The notes under the pieces: model-generated
What the model was told of the DNA's origin: nothing
The model's input: only the letters and a program-made list of their open reading frames with translations
Databases searched by the model: none
Source of the DNA: Somniosus microcephalus
Taxonomy: Eukaryota
Length of the DNA stretch: 64,000 nt
NCBI GenBank assembly: GCA_052327205.1
Contig: CM126226.1
Location: 30,256,001-30,320,000 of the forward strand
Reading direction: 5' to 3'
Shown: piece after piece, positions 41,261 through 52,172 of the stretch
Numbering within the stretch: position 1 is the stretch's first letter
Layout: every line of letters starts with the position of its first letter
Made by a program: the position numbers and the translations under genes

Positions 41261-42621
41261 AATCTCAGTAACTATCGAGTGAGGTCTAACGGCAAGTGTG
41301 GGTATTCGGAGGAAGGGTAAGGCAGGGCTGGACTCTGCTCTGATGACTCGAGGAGTTGAAAGCTCCTGATGCTCACTGTTTATACTCTAAAAAGAATAGT
41401 CACTTGGGCAAAGTACTGGTGTCCCTCCCCGAGCATGAACCAGTCTTCGGGGAAGGGGTGGGGCGAGAAATGAAAGGGGATGAGGTCTAATTAAATGGGA
41501 ATTTTCTCTCCTGTTGTGGGCTAGGGAACGGTCAGTGGCATTCCTTTTATCTCCACTCTCCTCCCAACACTTAGCTTTTCCATTCCCATAATTTTCAAAC
41601 TTCTCGCTTCACCTGGAGAGGTGAAATCTCTCAGGGACGCGTTAATGTGCTTCACAAACCCGCAGTGATGAAATGCCTGAACCCCGCCGGCAGCCAGAGG
41701 GAGGGCAGGTGAGTCGGTAACTGGGCAGGATTATTGCCGGTTAGTGAGACTGGCCGCAGATTTCATTTTCTGTGAGGGTGAGCATTCTGTTTAAAGTGCG
41801 GGAATCCTGAACATTTTTTGACAGCAGATCCAGAAACCATCTGCAACTTGACTTTCTGTTGGGCTGTTTTTTCTAGATTGTTGTGTTTGAGTATCCAGTT
41901 GGCTGTAGGGATCTCCTGGGACAGAGGTTGAGGTCGTTTCATCCCCTTTTCTGGTCCAATTGATGGTGGCTTTGCTCCTTCAGTGTTCGGGTGGGTTCAT
42001 TGTCACAAACCAATCACTTCTACTTGTTCAGGTTTTTTTTTACGCTTGTGTCGATAGAAGAGCGGCCAGTCCCTCCCATCACTCACTCCTCCCCAGGACC
42101 AGTGAGACTGGAGACCTGAATTCACGGAGGCCCCAACCAGCTCCATTTAGCTATTTATTAAAGAAATTCTTTCAGTCTGGATGTGTCTCATTAATAGCCT
42201 CGATCCTTTGCCAATCTTTCTCTCCCATCCATCTATCTAACAATATAAAATGGCCGTAGTCAAGATCAAAACCTTTGGATAAGGAATTGCACAGGGGATT
42301 CTGAATTCTAGAGTCTGTTCTGTACATCGCTGCTCACAGACACACCGTAGGCTGTAGTATTTTGCGTGTTTTCTGTGGAACAACCATCGCTTTTCTGTCC
42401 ACATTTATAAGCCGCGGTTACAATTGGAAAGCAAACACCGCGTGTAGCTTCATTCCAACCTGTGCCACCCTTGGCAGGTCGGGCGGTTGCATGTGTCTCC
42501 TCCGGCTACACACTCGCTGCCCGGCTCTGCACTCCTGCCAGATGTGAGAGACAATTCCCCAACCTGATTTTGTTTTTTTTGTTGTTCTTGTTGCATTCAC
42601 CGTCTTCATTCGCCTCTCCAC

Positions 42622-43353
42622 ATGGAAAGGGGACTATCCGCCGAGGGGAACGCCACCGAGCCGGAGCAGCGGGAGGCTCAGGAGGGCAATGAGTGGATCG
42701 CAGCCTTTCTCTGTCTCATCATCATCCTGACCACCGCCGGCAATTTTCTGCTGATCCTGTTGATCTTTACACAGCGCTCTCTGCGCAACACCTCCAACTA
42801 TTTCTTGGTCTCCCTCTTCATGTCCGACCTGATGGTCGGCTTGGTTGTGATGCCCCCGGCGATGCTGAACGAGCTGTACGGGAGATGGGTGTTGGAGAGT
42901 GGTTTCTGCTCCATCTGGTCCTCCTTTGATGTGATGTGCTGCAGCGCTTCCATCCTCAACCTGTGTGTGATCAGCCTGGACAGATACCTTCTCATCATCT
43001 CTCCCTTGAAATACAAGCTGCGGATGACCTCCTGCCGAGCTCTCTTTCTGATATTCACCAGCTGGACCCTGGCCGCCTTGGCCTCCTTCCTGCCCATTGA
43101 GATGGGATGGCATGAGATGGACTTTGATGTTCAGGCTTTCAACTCCACCCCTGCGGCGGAGGTGGAAGCGGCTCAGTGCCGGCTCTTGGTCAGCCTTCCC
43201 TACGCTCTCATCGCCTCGTGTCTCACCTTCTTCCTCCCGTCTGTAGCGATCTCCTTCACCTACTGCCGGATCCTGCTGGCCGCCAGGAAGCAAGCGGTGC
43301 AAGTGGCCTCTTTGACCACAAACGTGGCCACCACTTCCGATGACCCTGTGCAG
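42622..43353 (+). CDS. HTR6: 5-hydroxytryptamine receptor 6, coding exon 1 (TM1-TM5 and start of IL3)
   Basis: Aminergic GPCR motifs: GN (TM1), SDLMVGLVVMPPAM, FDVMCCSASILNLC (D3.32), SLDRY, RKQAVQV. Donor cag|gtaatg, 732 nt, phase 0. Confidence 0.97.
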
Positions 43354-43800
43354 GTAATGGAGCCTCTTCCAACAGTTCGCAAATAGCATGTGGTTTGCGC
43401 AGGTTGTCCTGACTGAGGACCCCCCGGGACAGCAGTAGGCAGGGAGAGGTGATGGGGTGCCGGGTATGGGCCATGGCCATCGCCCCACAGTGTTTAACCG
43501 GTGCAGGCAGGGCTCCCACCTCGTATACAGGATCTAAATAGACGATCACAATGGCGGATGATTAGGGGGATGAGAAGGTTGATATTGTTCAAATCCAGTC
43601 TCCAGTTTCCAGACCCGTTTCACTGCAGGTGACAGGACTTCAGTTGGGTTCAGTTTGTGGTGTATTCAACAGCTGGACCCCGAGGGTTAATGTATTGGCG
43701 GGCGGGAGTTACTCTGCGGACACTGCAATCGGATTTAGATCAATTCTAATCGGGAGTTTCGGACTGACCACTAGCGCCAGGCTGGAGCAAGAGCTTTACT

Positions 43801-43821
43801 TTCAGCACCTCAGACAGCGAC
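43801..43821 (+). promoter_or_regulatory. RE1/NRSE (REST binding site) in HTR6 intron 1
   Basis: TTCAGCACCTCAGACAGCGAC fits the 17-bp consensus NTYAGMRCCNNRGMSAG at every position and lies in a CpG-rich intronic patch. Confidence 0.7.
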
Positions 43822-44325
43822 CGGGTTCCGCCCTCAGACCGGCGGCTCCGGCTCCGGCACTGGAGCCACAATCAGCCGCGGTCCCGGAGGCCCCTTTAGC
43901 GGACACTCCAAGCGCAGGTTTCTCTGTATTTGAGAAAATGTTTTGTTTCCCCATCGCGTTCACAATTCAGTCTGACAACAACACAATTCAAACAGATTGA
44001 GCGAAATACCCAACACTTTACAAATCTATGCTTTGTATTTTTTTTGGCGGATCTGCCAACTTTTTAACACAATATTTAATTTTAAAAACTCCAAAGTAAT
44101 TTTACTTTACAGAGTCGAGCAAACTACCCCGGTCATAGATTTAATCTCTAGACAAAGTGGCCGCATAAAACCCGCAGAACCGGGAATAGGATACGCTTAG
44201 AGAGAACCTTCGGGTTTTTATTGACTATTTTAATGCATTGTTTTATATATTCTCGGATTTCCCTTTGGAGATGTCCCTGTCCAAAGCATCTATCGCTCAG
44301 ATTCTGCCGCTGTTCTTATCTCCAG

Positions 44326-44484
44326 GTCCGGGGAGCTCCGAATCCATCAGCGGCAACCAGCGACAGCAGAAAATTCACAAACAAACACAGTAAGAGGGCT
44401 TTGAAAGCCAGCCTGACTCTGGGAATTTTACTGGGAATGTTCTTCGGGGCCTGGCTGCCCTTCTTTGTGGCCAATGTTACGCAG
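44326..44484 (+). CDS. HTR6: HTR6 coding exon 2 (IL3 to TM6, KHSKRALKASLTLGILLGMFFGAWLPFFVANV)
   Basis: ctccag acceptor, cag|gtgagc donor, 159 nt, phase 0. Confidence 0.97.
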
Positions 44485-45678
44485 GTGAGCATGTTTGGGA
44501 GCGGAGGACGCGAATCGTAGGTCTCCCGCCGGCTGGAATCGCTCTGCATCTAGAGAACCGGAGCGGAACATCTCCTTTCAAAGTTGTTCTGTGGCCTCTT
44601 TAACCAGCTGGTGTCCAGCCCACTCCATTCGACGGCCTCTTCACTGGCACAGCTGAAAGGGAAAGTCCTAAATGAAAAGAATTGGACCAATCTTAATCCA
44701 GTTCCTAATAAGTGTGGGTCCAGAGTGCAACACTGGCCAATCTCACTCAGAGAGCTCAACAAGAAACCCGACTGACCCACCAGCTAGTAACTATGGGAGG
44801 GTTGGATTAAAGTATAGCAGTGTGAACATCACACTCGCCCGCGCTGTACTTTACCTGGGATTAATTTATACTAACACTGGGGTCAAACATGGGAGAAATG
44901 TCATTCCCTAGCATTGAATAACACATTGCGCTCTGTATGTCTGTCAGTCTCTATATTTGTGTGTTCTGCCTCTCACGCTGTGTGTTTCTTGCTTTCTGTC
45001 TGTGTCTATGCTAATCTGTCTGTGTCCCTCCCTGTCTCCCTCAGCCTTTGTCTCTGTCTCGTTCTATCTTTCTCTGTGTCTTTCTCCCATACATACAAAA
45101 CACATCTTCATTATCGTTTCTAAAAGCAAGGCGACATGTGACCCATGATAGTGGATTCTTAGTGTACCGAGCGATTTCCAAGTCTCAACAACCATGTCAA
45201 ATCTCGAACCTCGATAATCATTAACAATTGTCATTTCAGCCGGAAATATGGAACAGGATCCCGGGATCTCAGGCTTCTTGTTGCAAAGAACAAAATATGA
45301 GATTTTCTGAAAAGACATTTCTAAATATCCCAAATCACAGCAATTGCAGCTCGGAAGGTTCTCAGTTTCCGGCATTCGTGGAGCTCGCTGGGTTTGAACA
45401 GTCTGCTGTAAGGAGGCTGCTCCCAGTCATACCCAGATCTGGATATTAGTAAGCAGCCCATTTCCATCGTTTGATTCACCTGATTAGAATGGGCAAACTT
45501 TCCTGAACTAATTATGTTGCGCTGATCCATACCAGGCTGGGTTTTACAAGTTTTGAATCACTGTACATTGTAATTTCAACGAGATCCCAGTTTTCTCTCA
45601 GGCTGAGGAGCTGAATCACTATTACTCTGTTGTATTTTGCCGTTATCTGCCCTTTAACAGTCTGTCTCTTACCTGCAG

Positions 45679-46113
45679 GCGGTTTGTGACTGTGTCCCAG
45701 CCCTGCTCTTTGATGTACTGACCTGGCTCGGCTACTGCAACAGCACCATGAATCCCATCATCTACCCTCTCTTCATGCGGGATTTCAAACGGGCCATGGC
45801 CAAGTACCTGCCCTGTTGCCGGCGATGGTGGGAGCGGCGGCCGAGTGTCGTGTCCTTCTCCATGAGAAACTCCAACAGCGCCCCTCGGTTGGGCCAGTCC
45901 CTCAGAAATATGCTGGCTCTCCGGCCAGAAACAGACTCTGTTGAGTCTGTTATCCAGGTGAACGACCACATCCTCCTCCCAGCCGGCAAGGAACACAAGG
46001 TGGCCGAGGACAAGTTCTTGGAGGCCACGGGGGCGGATTCACTGCATCTCCTTGATCTGGAGCAGACTGATCAGGAATTGCAGGTAAACCAGCTGAACAC
46101 ACCCATGGACTAG
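45679..46113 (+). CDS. HTR6: HTR6 coding exon 3 (TM7 and C-tail)
   Basis: ctgcag acceptor. LTWLGYCNSTMNPIIYPLFMRDFKRA (NPxxY). TAG at 46111-46113. Total 441 aa. Confidence 0.97.
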   Translation, partial: AVCDCVPALLFDVLTWLGYCNSTMNPIIYPLFMRDFKRAMAKYLPCCRRWWERRPSVVSFSMRNSNSAPRLGQSLRNMLALRPETDSVESVIQVNDHILLPAGKEHKVAEDKFLEATGADSLHLLDLEQTDQELQVNQLNTPMD

Positions 46114-46394
46114 AGATATCGCCCTCCAAGGGGTAGAGTCAGATCTCACTCAATGGCCTGTAGACCCTTGTCCCCCATGGACTAGAGATATCACCCTCCA
46201 AGGGGTAGAGTTAGATCTCACTCAATGGCCTGGAGACCCTTGTCCCCCATGGACTAGAGATATCGCCCAAGGGGTAGAGTCAGATCTCAATGGCCTGTAG
46301 ACCCTTGTCCCCCATGGACTAGAGATATCACCCAAGGGGTAGAGTCAGATCTCACTCAATGGACTGTAGACCCTTGTCCCTCATGGACTGGAGA
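46102..46394 (+). repeat. 72-bp tandem repeat (4 units plus a partial) starting inside the last HTR6 codons
   Basis: cccatggactagaga recurs at 46102, 46174, 46246, 46311 and, diverged, at about 46380. Confidence 0.95.
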
Positions 46395-49300
46395 CAGCAG
46401 ACCCTACATTGCTCCCTTTTGGATTAGAGACAAGGCTCCACATAGACTGCAGCCAATGGTTGTCCCCCCCCCCCCCCCAAACCCCTGGGCTGGGCACACA
46501 GCACCCCTCCTCGGCTAGAGAGACAGCCCCCCCCCCCGCCCCCACAAGGGATAGAGCTGGGAATCTTGGGAGTTGGTGAGTCAACCTCAGCTCCACATCT
46601 GGCAGTGAATATTGAGTGTTTATGTGAAAGCCATTACAATTCATTAATTCCTCAGATCTCCCGGAAAACTTAAAAACCCCCCCACAAAATTCCTTGTGTA
46701 AAAACCACAGGAATAAAGTGTAACCAGCATGAGGAAACACAGGAACGTGGGAACCTGAAATAAAGAGAAAACACTGGAAACATACAGCAAGTCTGAGAGA
46801 AAAAAGGCAGGTTAATGTTTGGGGTTTAACCCTTCACCAGATCGGATTTCTGTTGGACTGTGCGACACAAGGTGGTACCTCATTCTACAATAATCTGACG
46901 CTGACATTTTTCTGTGCAAAAGAATTCCCTGTTTTTTCCACAGTGGTTTTAAACACAATTAACATTTCACTCGCTCAATTTTTGAAATCCCAGCATCCCA
47001 GTTAGGTTCTTTCCGGACATATTAATAACTCACATTGATAGGTCAGGTAAAACCAGTTTATAAAGGACACTCTGCCCATTACCCATTCCAGCCTGGTCGC
47101 TCAGTAATATCCAGCAATCCACCATTAAAAAGTGGGAATAGGGAAAGTAAAGAGCCGCAGAGGGAGCCGAGAAAAGCCCAGTGGGTAGAAAGTGTCTTTT
47201 TCTATTCTTTAATGTAACATTTCCTCCATTGTCCAAACTTACCCATTCCTGATACTATACACAGAGAGACTATAGCCCAGAGAGAATATACACTTCTTAG
47301 AGAATATACCCCACTGAATTTGCTCCACTGAGCTGGGCCAAACTACAATGGTGAATCGTGTACATTATAGTAATGTTAACATGATTTTGTTTCTTGCTAG
47401 TACACTATGCTTCTTTGAATTGTGAAATGTTCACAATTTCAGTCCAATGTTCCTCTGTATGGTTTTTAAACCCATTTATTTAAACATCGCCATTAAAATA
47501 TCAGACAAAAGACTGTCATATGAATGTGTTAAACATTTGTCAGCTTATCACCTAATTTCAAGGCTCTGGTTTCAAAATGAATCACTGATACTACAATAGC
47601 ATACTGCAAAACATACCTGCTCATTACAGTAATTGCCAGTCAGCCGTACCATTTTCATCTCCTTGACCTCATCTTATCTGCCATCTTGTGCTTTTGAAGC
47701 CACATTTGATGTATTTTTTTGAATCCCACAATGGAAGAGGTGGTTCATTCACATTCACAACCTGAAACTGATCGTGCTTGAGGGGAGGAATGATCCTCTA
47801 CCATCATTCCTCTTTATAATTTCTCATTATAATGCTTTCCCTTTATGCTTCATATCAGAATTATTCTGACCTTGCATTAATATGAAACTCTTCAAAATTA
47901 AAAGTGGATTAATGAGCTCACTGGGAAATGCTACACAGATTCCTCTGAAAAAATATGAAACGAGGGCTCTGCTTTCTGTGGAGGGCCGACAGTCAAGGGT
48001 GAGATGGGCCTAAACCATTAGTCAGATGTCAGGTTTGAGCAATGGGTAGAGATAAATCGATTTATAGGTCAGAAACAATTCATAATTATCCATCTATATA
48101 GTTCAGGTTGGTGCAGAGTTTTCAGTCTAGCTCAACAACACATCACAAATTTCACACACACTTCAAGGACTGTTAGGGAAATCATGGCAAGGATTTGCTC
48201 CGAGTGCACATCCTCACTGTACTATAGGCACTGAAGTCCGTGTGACTGGGGGAGCAGGGCTGAGGTAGAGACTTCACAGAATTGACAGGCTGCCCATGTC
48301 AATCAAACTGCCTCTAATAAATGTGCAAAGAGCCCTCCGAAGGTCAACCCAACCGTACAAATTGAGTCAAACTCTCTCCTCCAGCTGAATATTAATACAA
48401 ACAATCGATGGAATTTCACAATGTGCATTGCTGGTAGCTTTCTCTTTCCTTAATAATCAAAAGTCCAAACATTCATTTTGCCACCTTTTGCAAATCAACA
48501 CATCAGTTTCACTGATATTATAATCTTTTGTCCTTTCCACTCACTCAATGCAGTCTGCTGTCTTCGTACGGAATTAATGTGTTCTGTTCTCTCTTCCCTG
48601 ATATCGCAATCTGCTGTCCCCTTTCTCACTAATATTACACTGTTGTTTTCTGTCTCACTGATAATAGTTTCCAGTCATCGGTTCGCATGCTATTTACAGT
48701 CTTCTGTCCTGTTTCACTGGTATCATAGTCTGTTACCAGTTTTCTGTGCTCTGTCACACTGATACGAGAGTTAACTTATTTCCTCTCTCTGATATTATTG
48801 TCTGCTGTCCTGTCAGATTCAATGTTATCACACATCTTTTGTAAACAGGAACTCTGCTTTCAGGCCATAAATTTATGATGTCAAAGGATCTTTTGTACCC
48901 CAGCACCTCCACTCCTTCAGAAAACACCAATTCATGGTGTATAGATTTACGGATGCTAGCTTGTTCCTTACCCAAGTGGTCATTCCTCATGTGAGCCTAG
49001 ACAGTGTGTCAGCAGAATATTCAAACAGGAATATTACAGTCAAGCCTGATCCTGTTGTCCCCTGACATTCACAATACTTCCCTACATGACAGCAGTGATC
49101 ACACTTCAAAACTAATTGGGTGTGAAGCACTTTGGGATATCCTGGTGATGTGATAAACCATTACAGAAATGCAATTTTCAGCAGAGGTTGCTGGTGAGTG
49201 ATTAGGAACCATGCCTGATTTCCCCGCTTCTTAACCCAGGGCACCAAGGCTAACTGTAGAATCCTAACTGAGACCAGCTAACTCAGCACAGATCAGGGAT

Positions 49301-49418
49301 CAAAGTGACTCAGAAATCAAGTAAGAATCAATGGAACAGGAAAACATGGGGTGACAGAGAACCCAGTGATCTCTTTTTGTTGACAGTTCACTTCTAATAC
49401 ACTGATATTATCAAGCTC

Positions 49419-49424
49419 TTTATT
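49419..49424 (-). promoter_or_regulatory. Candidate TMCO4 polyadenylation signal (AATAAA)
   Basis: tttatt on the plus strand, about 250 nt past the TMCO4 stop. Confidence 0.5.
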
Positions 49425-49675
49425 AAATATTATTTCAGGCCAATATTAAATTATATTAGTTAATTAACTCTAAGGTTTTCACAGCATATATGCACCAATC
49501 ACCTATTGGTCCAATCTCTCATTACAACAAACATGATGCGTGCAGCAGCTCCTCAGTCTGACACTCATTCCCCAGATTCTCAGAAGTGCCTGTCCATTAT
49601 ACTTGAATTTGAATAAATTTGGTGAAAATATTTGCTGTCAGACCCCAACACTGTTAGATCATTGGCAATTTGTAG

Positions 49676-50059
49676 TTAACTCTCTTTGTCTTTGGAGATC
49701 TCAAAGGCTGTAGATACTAACCCATGAGCAGTTCTGTCTTTATCAGGACAAAGTGTGGATTGCACTGCTGGTGTCAAATCTTCTGTACCAGAAGAGTGCT
49801 GACTTGCTCCTGCTGTCTCCAAAAGATCATCACCCAACAAGGAATCAGAGGGCTGAGTATTGGCCGCTTGTGACTTGTTCTTTCCATTTATTTCAGTGTC
49901 ACCTATAGGTGCCTCTCCTTCTTCTCTTGCACACTTCTCACCAGTGTTATACATGGGGCTAATATTCCATTTGTCCTCCAAGCGACATTCCTTAGTTTTC
50001 ATGCCTACAGCCTTTAATATTGTGTCCATTTGCTTCATATAATCTAAATGTCCATTTAC
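49676..50059 (-). CDS. TMCO4: TMCO4 last coding exon (VNGHLDYMKQMDTILKAVGMKTK...)
   Basis: Matches recalled human VSGHLDYAKQMDAILKAVGIRTK. ttttgcag acceptor at 50060-50061, 384 nt to TAA. Synteny with NBL1-HTR6. Upstream exons were not found in this window. Confidence 0.9.
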   Translation of the reverse strand, partial: VNGHLDYMKQMDTILKAVGMKTKECRLEDKWNISPMYNTGEKCAREEGEAPIGDTEINGKNKSQAANTQPSDSLLGDDLLETAGASQHSSGTEDLTPAVQSTLCPDKDRTAHGLVSTAFEISKDKES

Positions 50060-52042
50060 CTGCAAAACAAAAATAATACATTTTTCCACAGATGAAACAG
50101 TTGTGTCTGTGGACACTCTTTGCCCAATACAGAGTGCATACTCACTCCCCATTGGGACATGCGTCACTTATTTAAGCTTAGGTGCAGGTGGTACAACACA
50201 GGTTAGGGATCCCCACATACGTGCAGTGGTACTGCTAAAGTTTGAAACCATGCAGCTTACCAGCACAGAACACTAAGCTTCTTTCTGTTTGTCCAGCTCG
50301 GACTACCCTATTTGTTAGTGCACTGGGTCTGCAGGCTTACCTGGAGGCGAGTGAGAAGAATTCCAACCTCCAGTGACAGGTCTGTCTTTTCAGGTTCCAT
50401 TAATGAGCCAGGCTAGTCAATCATCAACAGTGCCCTAGAGTACTGCAGATCTGCTGGCTCAGGTATAGCATTACCAGGCCCGACACAGAGGGTTGACTTA
50501 GTTTTGAATGTTCACCTGTGCTGTGTCATCTTGAAGCTGTGTTTTACATTGATCCGAAAGAGATCCTGCTTGCCTTCCCCCCCCCCACCCCTCCAGGAAG
50601 GTAGTATGTTCATATATTTGGGTATGTCTGCATTATAAGAAAATATTGAGCCATTTAAATAAAAACAATAGTCTTTTGTTGGTCTAAGAGCAGAATGATG
50701 ACATTTGAATGTGGGCACATTCCAAGGTTACACCAGCTCTAATGTGACCAAATCACTGTTTAGCTGGAGGTTATACAAAGCTCCCTGGAAGAGCCTGCAA
50801 ATTAATTGCTAGAAAAAAGGATAGGAAAAGAAAAGCATCAGGGATTTAATGAGGTCCGATCAGCTAGCGTTCTTATTCTTTTCTTCAGTCTCCTTTCCTC
50901 CCCTTGTATCCTGAAGCCCATCTCATCCTGGGGAACGTTCTCCTTTTCTAAAGCATCGACTTACCCTGGGATACGGTTCCGGGGCACTGGCTGGGCTCTG
51001 GTACCAAGAGTATGGAGCCAGCTTACAGATGTGAGTCCAGATATTGGGTGCCAGCAGGCTATTCCATTACAAGGGCATCACAGAGGAGCACAATGTTGTC
51101 CTCACGAGACGCCACACAAAAGCATTTTACAAATGGAGTCAATGGACAGTAATCAGCAGTGGGATCCCTGGCTCATTTTGACCTGGGGCAGTGAAGCCAA
51201 TTGCAGTGGTCCTACTGTTGCCCTACCTTAAACCAGTTTTTTAAACTTGTTTTTTGAACCTGGGGCTGTCCTGGTCTTTATGGTTCACTACTACACCAGG
51301 GAATTAATTTATTCACCGAGCACCCTAATTGTTCCTCCTTGTGTTTATGTTTCAAGATAAAACATCTTTCTCTTTTAGTGGCCATTGACCAAAGTGACTA
51401 TCTGGTGCTGACTGTGCAGTAGCAGCATATATATTTATTATAGTCATGGTATCTTCAGGTTGAATACCTGTGTCTGGTTAATTGACCCACATTACAATAT
51501 TCACAACGTTAAAGGCAAAGTCTGCTGCGTTTGCTTCAAGAACACAAATAAGTTCCTTTACATTGCCGCTCCGGGTTTATACAGAAATAGCTTGTACTTA
51601 TCCAGCACCATCAATGTGGAAAAACATCCCAAGGTGCGTCACATAGGGAAATGAACAGCCTTTGCTGTAGAGTTGAGAGGTGACCAATAGCTTGGTCAAA
51701 ATGAAGGTGGCTTTTAAAGGCAGAGAGAAATGGACGGGGAGAGGTTTAAGGCGTAAATTCCAAAGTGTTGGCAGAGACAGCGGAAGACTCTACCACCAAT
51801 GGTGGAGTGGGGTTAGGGGAGAATGCACAGAAGTTCAAAGACAGAGAACCAGAGGGCATGGGAAGGGATATAAAACTGGAAGAGGCTGCAGAAGTAAGAT
51901 GGGACAAGTCTGCGGAGGAGTTTGCAGATGAGGGAGAGGTTTTGAATTTGACCAGTTGGGGAACGGGGGGGGGGCCAGTGAAGACGGAGGTGATGAGTGA
52001 GTGGGTCAGGATATAATAGGTGGATTTTATGGAGGTATATAG

Positions 52043-52172
52043 AGAGAAATAGAGTCAACGTTTCGGGTCAAACCCTTTGACAAGTCTTGACAAAGGGTTT
52101 GACCCGAAACGTGGACTCTTTTTTCTCTCCACGGATGTTGCCTGGCCTGCTGAGTTTTTCCAGCATTTTCTG
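52043..52172. mobile_element. Second Penelope-type palindromic element with degenerate hammerhead-like cores
   Basis: About 42-bp near-perfect inverted repeat centred at 52085. Right arm matches 9975-10045. Confidence 0.7.

Noticed and set aside
42634-43488. 284-aa antisense ORF over HTR6 exon 1
   Set aside because: Expected shadow of a GC3-rich coding exon, with no recognisable domain.
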